Of a stretch of 64,000 nt of DNA, positions 1 to 7,140 are shown one piece after another. Source of the stretch: Candidatus Zixiibacteriota bacterium. GTDB taxonomy: Bacteria > Zixibacteria > MSB-5A5 > GN15 > FEB-12. Numbering within the stretch: the first letter of the stretch is position 1; each line of letters opens with the position of its first letter. Where the stretch lies: contig JBFMGC010000001.1 of the NCBI GenBank assembly GCA_040752815.1, positions 16,449 to 80,448 on the forward strand. Direction: 5' to 3'. A program made the translations under genes and the position numbers. The notes beneath the pieces were generated by a model. The model worked only from the letters and a program-made list of their open reading frames with translations. It was not told the origin of the DNA and did no database searches.

Positions 1-1498
1 CGGTGCGCCAGACTTCGTCGGCCTCACCCTCGCGCAGATCGTTCCTCAGTTTAGCGACCTGGAAACATTCCTGGGCCTGACGGCGGTTGGCCAGTTCCAC
101 CTGGCGTAGCTGTTCTGCTTCGAGTGCGCCAATGAACGCCGATGTCACCGCCAGTTCGAGCGCCAGAGCGGCCCTCTTTTGATCCGCCTCCGTACGGTCG
201 CGCTCCAGCCCGGCGGAGCGGATGTCTCGGATAGCCCCGAGCGATAAAATCTCCTGCCGCAGGCTCAGTCGGGCGTGGTAGCGGTTGTTTTCGTAGCGGG
301 GATCGTTGTTGACGGCGTTGTCATCGAAGTAACCAGCTGAGCCGCTGAGCTCCAGTTGCGGAAGATAGACCGACCGCGCCTCAGAATAGGCCGCCTCGGC
401 AGCGTCAAGACTGGCCAGAGTCGCCTGCAAATCCGGATTCTGCGCCAGAGCCACGCCGACCGCGTCGACAACGCTCAGCCGCTCGACACTGTCCGGCGCG
501 GGGGCATCGATGAGCGACACGTCATACCGACGGTCGGTAGACAAAGCGATTCGCAATTCGCGCATCATCTGGGAGTTGAGAGCTAGGCCGCGGGCATCGG
601 CGTAGACGTTCGGCAGGTCGGCCGGAATGACTCCGCCGATGATTCGTACCGCCTTCACCGCTTGATAGTGGGCCTCCACCAGGGGAGTCTCGACCGAACC
701 GCCCGCCAGGGCGCCACGGGTTACCTGGTATTCGCCCTCGCTGCAGAAGACCGGAATCCGGTCGCGCCCGACCATGGCGTGAAACTGGCGCATCCGGTCG
801 CTCTCGCAACCCCACATTGGCGGCAGATAAAGGGCATCAATACTCTTATTCAACTGACGATACGCCTTAAAGAAAGCGTAGGCGCTGTCTACGTCGTACC
901 CCTCCGCCGTGACAATCTCGAAACCGATCCGCCTGCCCAGCACGCGCATGCTGTCGATTACAGTCGGCGCTTCGCTCCCCGATGGGAAATAGAGCACGCC
1001 TATGGTGTCGGCCCGCACTAATTCGGTCAGGTATGCGAAGTCGGACTCTATTTTGCGCGGGCGAATCCGGACTGAGAGATTGTTCACAATCGAGCGGCCG
1101 TTTTGGTCGACCAGTCCTTCCAATACCGGATCGAAACGAAGCGCCGCCAGAATCGGCTTGTCGAATCCAGCTGCGAGCAAATCCTCGACTGTCCACGGCC
1201 CAGTGGCCACCACCAGATCGACATCCTGCGCACCGGCCAGTTCCCTGGCCATGACCCGCGACTGAGCGCGTTTCCACTCAGCAGATTTGTAACCGTCGGT
1301 GGGGTAATTGATCGTCACACCGGCTGGACACAACGCCTCCACCTGCTCGCGAAAATGGTTGCGGAATTCGGAGTGGGCCGGATACGGGCCGCCCTCGAAA
1401 AAGCCGATTCCGAAGGTGCGAGTTCCGCCCCTGGTTAGGGATACCAAGCTGAGAAGAAGCGTTATACAGGCTACTAAACCGACATTTCTATACAACAT
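1..1498 (-). CDS. TolC/OEP-family outer-membrane efflux protein with N-terminal ABC-type substrate-binding-like domain; C-terminus runs off the window
   Basis: Hand translation of the reverse strand from ATG 1498-1496. It gives MLYRNVGLVACITLLLSLVSL (signal), then an SBP-like region (DLVVATGPWTVEDLL..IPVFCSEGEYQVTRGALAGG), then LSVVDAVGVALAQNPDLQATLASLDAAEAAYSEARSVYLPQLELSGSAGY, a typical TolC repeat start. The frame is open to position 1. It is absent from the ORF track because it has no in-window stop. Confidence 0.6.
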   Translation of the reverse strand, partial: MLYRNVGLVACITLLLSLVSLTRGGTRTFGIGFFEGGPYPAHSEFRNHFREQVEALCPAGVTINYPTDGYKSAEWKRAQSRVMARELAGAQDVDLVVATGPWTVEDLLAAGFDKPILAALRFDPVLEGLVDQNGRSIVNNLSVRIRPRKIESDFAYLTELVRADTIGVLYFPSGSEAPTVIDSMRVLGRRIGFEIVTAEGYDVDSAYAFFKAYRQLNKSIDALYLPPMWGCESDRMRQFHAMVGRDRIPVFCSEGEYQVTRGALAGGSVETPLVEAHYQAVKAVRIIGGVIPADLPNVYADARGLALNSQMMRELRIALSTDRRYDVSLIDAPAPDSVERLSVVDAVGVALAQNPDLQATLASLDAAEAAYSEARSVYLPQLELSGSAGYFDDNAVNNDPRYENNRYHARLSLRQEILSLGAIRDIRSAGLERDRTEADQKRAALALELAVTSAFIGALEAEQLRQVELANRRQAQECFQVAKLRNDLREGEADEVWRT

Positions 1499-1733
1499 GC
1501 TTATTACTTCTCCGACATCAACAGGAGCCGGCTGGAAAAATAGACAACGGCTTCGCTGTGGGGAAGCACATTCTGACGGGCTGGGTCTGGGGAAGGATCA
1601 GACAAGCTGACATAGTGTCAGAAATCGCGCCTGGCGTACCTCCCGGTGCGCCAGGATGATGAACGAGCCGGGCATTTTGCAACAGATCGGGCCGTGGTGG
1701 ACAAGAACGTCCCTCACGCACAGCAGAAAAGTG

Positions 1734-1761
1734 TTGACAAAGCTCCGCCGGTCGATAAATT
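1734..1761 (+). promoter_or_regulatory. Candidate sigma70-type promoter for the ABC-exporter leader
   Basis: TTGACA (1734-1739), a 16-nt spacer, then TAAATT (1756-1761). It lies in the divergent intergenic region about 70 nt upstream of the leader ORF. Confidence 0.35.
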
Positions 1762-1832
1762 GCCGGTCAGCATATTCGCCCTTGAAAAGACTTTACGTAT
1801 ATTAAACCCGCTGCCAAGGAGTCGACGAACTA

Positions 1833-1907
1833 ATGATTAAACTCCGGTATCTCTTGTCGGGTGCACCGGTATGCACCCGGTGTGGCGGGACAGGTGTGCC
1901 TGGATAG
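1833..1907 (+). CDS. Candidate 24-codon leader peptide (MIKLRYLLSGAPVCTRCGGTGVPG)
   Basis: AAGGAG at 1816-1821 lies 11 nt before ATG 1833; the stop is TAG 1905-1907. The ORF lies inside alternative RNA pairings immediately upstream of an intrinsic terminator. It is below the size cut-off of the ORF track. Confidence 0.35.
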   Translation: MIKLRYLLSGAPVCTRCGGTGVPG

Positions 1908-1929
1908 GGCCTGTAACCAGAAGATCACG

Positions 1930-1968
1930 AAGCCCGCCACGGTCGCACCGATCCTGGCGGGCTTTTTT
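1930..1968 (+). terminator. Intrinsic terminator in the 5' leader of the ABC operon
   Basis: Stem AAGCCCGCCA (1930-1939) pairs with TGGCGGGCTT (1955-1964) around a 15-nt loop, followed by a run of six T (1963-1968). Confidence 0.75.
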
Positions 1969-2021
1969 CATTGTCCCCTGGGGTCATTCACTCGGCAATG
2001 TTCGAAACTTGGGGCAATGAA

Positions 2022-3821
2022 ATGACAAGTGCACTATACGACGACGAGAAATCATCAATACCCGATAAGGACCTCGGCATCCGCAAGGCGTTCGGCCATC
2101 TGGTACCGTACCTGCAGTGCCACCGGAAGCGCCTGGCGATCTGCCTGGGTTTGTTGGTTTCGGCTACCCTTCTTTCACTGGCCTGGCCAATACTGCTCAA
2201 AGAGGCAATCGACTCACCGCTCGCAGGCGGAAACTACCGGGGTCTGCTTTACCTGGCGGCCGGTATTGCCGCGATCCAGATTGTCAACATCGGCGCGCAA
2301 TACGTGCTTCGGGTACGCCTGGAGACGATCGCGCAGGATATCATGCTGGATTTGAAGCGGCGCCTGTTCGCCCATATCTTGTCGCTCGATCTGTCGTTCT
2401 ACGATCAGAATCCGGTGGGCCGGCTGATGGCGCGCGTGGAGTCAGATACCGAGTCGCTGCGCATGTTGTTTACCAACACCGTGCTATTGGTGCTGGCCGA
2501 CATGCTCCTTGTGACCGGGCTGTACGGCGTGTTGTCTTACTACAACTGGCGGATGGCGTCGCTCCTGGCGGCGCTCATTCCGGCAATCGGGCTGCTCGTT
2601 TGGATCTTCCATCGCCTGACCTCACACCGCTTCCTGGCGGTGCGTAAACTGATGGCCGAGGTAACGGCCACCGCGACCGAGTTTTTGCAGGGGATGTCGA
2701 TCATCCAGATCTTCCACCGCGGCGAATACGCCCGACGGAGGTTCTACCGGGCCAACGAGGCCAAGTTTCACGAGGATGCCTTTGTCAACGTGGCGGTCTG
2801 CGTCTTTTTCAACTCCGCTTTCATCTTCGAGTACGTGAAGATCGGCCTGGTGCTGCTGCTCGGTGCGCAACTCGGGCTGACACCCGGCCTGATGGTGCTG
2901 TTTCTCGTCAATATCTGGCGGTCATTCGACCCGATTTTCCGCATGTCGGAACAGTTGGCCAGCTTCCAGAAAGGAGTGGCCGGCGCAAGACGTATTTTCG
3001 CGCTCCTGGAAACCAAACCGAAACTGCTGGACTCGCCCAAACCGGTCGACTGGCCCGGTCTGCGGTCGAAGATACGCTTCGAAAACGTCTGGTTCTCCTA
3101 CGGCGATGATCGCGAGTGGGTGCTCAAGGATGTCAGTTTCGAAGTCAGGGCCGGCCAGCGGGTAGCGCTGGCGGGTGTCACCGGAGGTGGAAAATCGACT
3201 GTCATCGGACTGCTCCTGCGCTTCTATGATTCGCAAAGGGGTCGGATCACGGTCGACGGAATCGACATCCGCGATATCTGCATGGCGGAGCTTCGCCGCC
3301 GATTCGCCCTGGTGCTGCAGGATATCGTGCTCTTCCCCGGCGATGTGAGCGGCAATATAGGCCTCGAAGCCGAGGAGATACCTGCCGAGCGAATCGTAAA
3401 CGCCGCGCGCACGGTGGCGGCCGACAGGTTCATCGAGCGGCTGCCGCATCAGTATCAGACCGAGGTATCGGAGAAGGGCGCCAACTTCAGCCGGGGCGAG
3501 AGGCAACTGCTGTCATTTGCGCGGGCGCTGGCTTTCGACCCGGAGGTACTGGTGCTTGACGAAGCCACCAGCTCGGTCGACCCGGAAACGGAGCGGGCAA
3601 TCCAGGAGTCGCTGCACAAGCTTATGGCAGGGCGCACATCGCTGGTGATCGCCCACCGCCTGACGACCATTCTGGATGTGGATCAGATTCTGGTGATTCG
3701 CCACGGTGAGATAATCGAGCGCGGCGCGCACACGGAGTTGATCATGCAGAACGGTTACTACACCAAGCTCTTCCACCTGCAGTACAAGAACATGAACGGA
3801 GCGACCGCCTATGTTAAGTAA
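2022..3821 (+). CDS. ABC exporter, fused permease/ATPase, half of a heterodimer (carries the non-canonical signature motif)
   Basis: Type I exporter TMD plus NBD: Walker A GVTGGGKST, signature replaced by FSRGERQ, Walker B LVLDEATSSVD, H-loop IAHRL. The ORF opens at 1971 directly after the terminator, so ATG 2022 (or 1998) is preferred. Confidence 0.9.
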   Translation: MTSALYDDEKSSIPDKDLGIRKAFGHLVPYLQCHRKRLAICLGLLVSATLLSLAWPILLKEAIDSPLAGGNYRGLLYLAAGIAAIQIVNIGAQYVLRVRLETIAQDIMLDLKRRLFAHILSLDLSFYDQNPVGRLMARVESDTESLRMLFTNTVLLVLADMLLVTGLYGVLSYYNWRMASLLAALIPAIGLLVWIFHRLTSHRFLAVRKLMAEVTATATEFLQGMSIIQIFHRGEYARRRFYRANEAKFHEDAFVNVAVCVFFNSAFIFEYVKIGLVLLLGAQLGLTPGLMVLFLVNIWRSFDPIFRMSEQLASFQKGVAGARRIFALLETKPKLLDSPKPVDWPGLRSKIRFENVWFSYGDDREWVLKDVSFEVRAGQRVALAGVTGGGKSTVIGLLLRFYDSQRGRITVDGIDIRDICMAELRRRFALVLQDIVLFPGDVSGNIGLEAEEIPAERIVNAARTVAADRFIERLPHQYQTEVSEKGANFSRGERQLLSFARALAFDPEVLVLDEATSSVDPETERAIQESLHKLMAGRTSLVIAHRLTTILDVDQILVIRHGEIIERGAHTELIMQNGYYTKLFHLQYKNMNGATAYVK

Positions 3822-5604
3822 GATAAGATGGCTGTGGAAATACTACCGCCGGCACCCGTACGTGCTGAGCGTGCTCGTGTTCCTGACCCCGGTACAGGCG
3901 ATGATTAGTGTCACCGTGCCGCAATTGTTCGGCTTTGCGGTCGATCATCTCACTACCGGTAACGTCTCCGACCATTTCGTGGCGCGCTGGGTGATCGGCT
4001 GGGGCGACGCGTTCGGCCTGACGCCCGCCTCGGCGTTCGGTGTCGCCTTTATCGCGCTGGGCGCGTTTTCGTGCGCGTTTTACGCTTTCGTGCAGTCACA
4101 TCGGGCCTGGATGAACACCAAGCTGGAATGGGAATTCCGGCAGGATGCGTTCAACCAGATCACTACCAAGGGACCGGACTTCTTCAATAAGTTCCGGACG
4201 GGTGACATTGTCACTCGCCTGACCGACGATGTCGCCGAAAAGCTCTCCTGGTTCGCCTGCTCCGGTATCTTCCGCCTGTATGAGGCGCTGCTGTATGTGA
4301 TCGTCATCACCGTAATGATGCTCAGTCTCGACCCGTGGCTCACCCTCTGGGCGGCCGCGCCGCTGCCGATTCTTGTGTTCATCTTTTTCCGGAGCTCGTC
4401 GGCGCTGGACAAACGGTACGATCATCTGCAGACGCGGATATCAAAGTTCAACGATGTCATGGAGGCCTGCTTTTCCGGGGTCAGAGTGGTCAAGGCGTAC
4501 GTACGCGAGAACGCCCAGAAGAAGAAATTCGAGCAGGCGGCGCTTGAACGCCGCAAAGCCGAACTGGGCGCGGTGCGACTGACCGCGGTGATCGAATCGA
4601 TGTACCAGTATCTCTGGCAGATTGCGCTTGTCACGGTGTTGGTGATCGGCGGCTACAAAGTGATCTCCTCGGGTCTGTCGGTGGGTGCACTGGCCGCGTT
4701 CATCTACTATGTGGCCTGGCTGGTCTACCCGATGTTTGATATCGGCCAGTTCCTGGTCAAGTCGCGGCAGTCGGCAGTATCGATCGACCGCCTGAAGGCG
4801 ATGGAAGATGTCCCACCACTCGTGACCGATCTCGGTGCAGCGGTCACGGATTCGCAGCCGCACGGCGACATTGCCTTCGAGGGTGTCACCCTCACTTTCC
4901 CCGGATCAGACCGGTGCGTGCTCGATGAAGTCACGATGACGATCGGCGCGGGCCAGAAGATCGCTCTGGTGGGAAGGGTCGGCGCGGGCAAGAGCTGGCT
5001 GATCAATCAGATTCCGCGTCTGGTCGATCCCACCGGGGGTAACATCAAGCTCGACGGGAAGGAACTGCGCCAATTCCGACTGGAAGACCTGCGCCGTGCT
5101 ATCGGCTATGTCCCGCAGGAGCCGGTGCTGTTCAGCGACACGATCCGCAATAACATCCTGCTCGGCCGCGACGAAATCGCCGAGCCGGTGATTGAGTGGG
5201 CAATTGATGTGGCCCAGTTGAAAGACGAAATCGCCGCCTTCCCGCAGGGCCTGGACACGACAGTCGGCACGCGCGGCATGATGCTCTCCGGCGGTCAGAA
5301 ACAGCGGCTCGGCCTGGCACGGGCGCTGGTCGGCAAGCCGAAGATCCTGATACTGGATGATTGCACGTCGGCGCTGGACTCTCGCACCGAGGCAGCACTG
5401 TGGGACAGGCTGCATCAGGTGATGCCCGGCCTGACCGCCATCCTGATTACGCACCGCCCCGGCACACTGGCGCTGGTCGACCGGGTGTTCGTGCTTGACG
5501 ACGGCCGTATAGTTGAATCCGGCACCCACCATGAACTCATCAACCGCGCCGGACAGTACGCCAAGATTTACCGACGGTATCAGTTGGCGGAAGAGGTGGG
5601 GTAA
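3811..5604 (+). CDS. ABC exporter, fused permease/ATPase, second half of the heterodimer (degenerate Walker B)
   Basis: Walker A GRVGAGKSW, canonical signature LSGGQKQR, Walker B ILILDD with Asp in place of the catalytic Glu, H-loop ITHRP. It overlaps the upstream gene by 11 nt. Confidence 0.9.
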   Translation: MLSKIRWLWKYYRRHPYVLSVLVFLTPVQAMISVTVPQLFGFAVDHLTTGNVSDHFVARWVIGWGDAFGLTPASAFGVAFIALGAFSCAFYAFVQSHRAWMNTKLEWEFRQDAFNQITTKGPDFFNKFRTGDIVTRLTDDVAEKLSWFACSGIFRLYEALLYVIVITVMMLSLDPWLTLWAAAPLPILVFIFFRSSSALDKRYDHLQTRISKFNDVMEACFSGVRVVKAYVRENAQKKKFEQAALERRKAELGAVRLTAVIESMYQYLWQIALVTVLVIGGYKVISSGLSVGALAAFIYYVAWLVYPMFDIGQFLVKSRQSAVSIDRLKAMEDVPPLVTDLGAAVTDSQPHGDIAFEGVTLTFPGSDRCVLDEVTMTIGAGQKIALVGRVGAGKSWLINQIPRLVDPTGGNIKLDGKELRQFRLEDLRRAIGYVPQEPVLFSDTIRNNILLGRDEIAEPVIEWAIDVAQLKDEIAAFPQGLDTTVGTRGMMLSGGQKQRLGLARALVGKPKILILDDCTSALDSRTEAALWDRLHQVMPGLTAILITHRPGTLALVDRVFVLDDGRIVESGTHHELINRAGQYAKIYRRYQLAEEVG

Positions 5605-5856
5605 GCTCTGGATGCCCCTCCGCCTGGGACCTGTCTCAATAGCCGAGAGATGTTGCGTGATGTGCTGTCGGGCGCCACTGCCCGACAGTTCGAAACTTAC
5701 GACTGTCGGCCAGCCCGCCGCGGCGGGGGCCGCCACCACACGGTGAGTTTCTCGACAGGGACCTTGCAGTGGGTAATGATGTGGGTGTGACGGAAGCAAA
5801 CCCGCCCCCAAGACCACATCAGTAGCGGATGAGTCACGCTTCGACAGGTTCCGTGC

Positions 5857-5890
5857 GATTCGTGGGTGTCTGGACCACAAGGGTCCGGAC
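5857..5890. repeat. GATTCGTGGG + hairpin element (third copy of the 7066-7135 family)
   Basis: GATTCGTGGG (5857-5866) is followed by a 9-bp hairpin GTCTGGACC/GGTCCGGAC (5868-5890). It sits just downstream of the stop of the 5898-6974 gene. Confidence 0.5.
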
Positions 5891-5897
5891 CTACATT

Positions 5898-6974
5898 CTA
5901 CAAACAATCCGGCAATCCCAGTGTCGCCCCAGTAATAAACAGATAGTCAATCAGGTAGGTCACATCCCCGATAGACAGATCCGTTAACTGCGGGTTCTGG
6001 CCGCCGGACTGGTTGACATCGGCCTCGGCCACGCACGGGATAAACTCCGGCTGCTGCGATATGAATAACACGTCGATGATGGTCGTTATGTCGCCGATAG
6101 TCGGTTCGTCGCCGCCCTCACCGTTAGCGTCACCCACCCGCCCCATACAACAGTCGGAGTCGCAGGCGTCGCCGACCCCATCGGAGTCCTCATCCTCCTG
6201 CCCCGGGTTCGATACAAAGGGACAGTTGTCCAAGGTGCACGTTGTGGCCGCATAACCCGGATTGCCGAAACCGTCCTGGTCGGTGTCCGTACATTCATCG
6301 CAATCGTCGCCGACAGCGTCATTATCCGCGTCAGCCTGACTTGGATTGAACAGGCCTGGACAGTTGTCCCAGGTGTCGCCGACCCCGTCGCCGTCACCGT
6401 CAGGACCAGCATTAACACACTCCTGGCCGCGCCAGTTGACACTGTACTCGCCGGCATCGGGATCGACAAACGACGCACGCACAAAATCGGCTGAGTCGAT
6501 ACAGAACGATTCGCCACCGGCCCACCCCGAAATGGTGAAATAGTAGGTGACAATCAACTTGGGCGAGGACGACGCCACGAGCGCTCCCGACGGAAGCCCG
6601 CCACCGGTGCACTGAAACAGGCGGCGAGTATTGGTGCTATCACGATTCCCCTTGAAGTCAACAATCCGAAACAACGAGAAGGCTGCCGAGGCAGCCGGAG
6701 AGAACACGGCGGAGTCAAAGCTGAAGCGATCGCTGTCCCACGAAAGACCTAACGACGCACCCACTACCGGCTGGGCATCATTGAAAAAATACACGGCGAC
6801 TGCTGCGACCGAGTCCACTCCGAGGCGAGGCTGAGATATCGCTGCGAAAATCGAGTCCGGTGCGCCGAGATCGCGCGGGTCCTGGGCCGACGCTCCTTGT
6901 GCCACTGACAAACAAATGACTGTGACCAGCATGGCGGAGAAAATCAGGGTAAATCGAGAAGTCGGATGCTGCAT
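5898..6974 (-). CDS. Secreted protein: cohesin-like domain, thrombospondin type-3 Ca-binding repeats, dockerin-like C-terminal module
   Basis: Signal peptide [34 protein letters not shown]3 repeats [35 protein letters not shown] and [25 protein letters not shown]-terminal module [60 protein letters not shown] at 5901-6152. Confidence 0.8.
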   Translation of the reverse strand: MQHPTSRFTLIFSAMLVTVICLSVAQGASAQDPRDLGAPDSIFAAISQPRLGVDSVAAVAVYFFNDAQPVVGASLGLSWDSDRFSFDSAVFSPAASAAFSLFRIVDFKGNRDSTNTRRLFQCTGGGLPSGALVASSSPKLIVTYYFTISGWAGGESFCIDSADFVRASFVDPDAGEYSVNWRGQECVNAGPDGDGDGVGDTWDNCPGLFNPSQADADNDAVGDDCDECTDTDQDGFGNPGYAATTCTLDNCPFVSNPGQEDEDSDGVGDACDSDCCMGRVGDANGEGGDEPTIGDITTIIDVLFISQQPEFIPCVAEADVNQSGGQNPQLTDLSIGDVTYLIDYLFITGATLGLPDCL

Positions 6975-7065
6975 CGTAACAGGCCCTTCGGAGCGAGTAC
7001 TATAATGAATATATCCGGTTCCGGAGGGTTGTCAATCGGCGATAGCGGTTGGAAAATGTGGAGTA

Positions 7066-7135
7066 GCGAATCGTGGGCGGCAGACCTTTCGGTTGCCACT
7101 CGGTGATTCGTGGGCGGCAGACCTCCGGTCTGCCC
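7066..7135. repeat. Tandem direct repeat TCGTGGGCGGCAGACCT (x2, 37-bp period), each ending in a hairpin
   Basis: Copies at 7071-7087 and 7108-7124. The first has hairpin GGCA(G)ACC/GGTTGCC (7078-7096, one bulge). The second has a perfect hairpin GGCAGACC-tcc-GGTCTGCC (7117-7135). Confidence 0.7.
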
Positions 7136-7140
7136 CTCGA

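Noticed and set aside
1840-1970. Possible riboswitch in the structured ABC leader.
   Set aside because: I could not recognise any riboswitch core that I know (no B12 box, TPP, SAM, purine or FMN signatures). The translated mini-ORF plus the antiterminator/terminator pairings explain the structure better. An Rfam scan is still needed.
4906-5907. Long ORFs antisense to well-supported genes: 4906-5907(-), 7567-8985(+), 12837-13748(+), 29801-30646(-), 32887-34257(-), 34136-35026(-), 46311-47189(+), 51446-52672(-), 58163-59110(-), 60984-61637(-), 62147-62743(-).
   Set aside because: Each lies opposite a gene with clear family motifs. Their translations are Arg/Gly/Pro/His-rich with no recognisable domains. 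Such shadow ORFs are expected in GC-rich DNA.
7066-7135. Possible CRISPR array, from the short direct repeats with hairpins here and at 52842-52936.
   Set aside because: There are only two copies each. The repeats are 17-29 nt with ~20-37-nt gaps. No further regular repeat-spacer units and no cas genes occur in the window.
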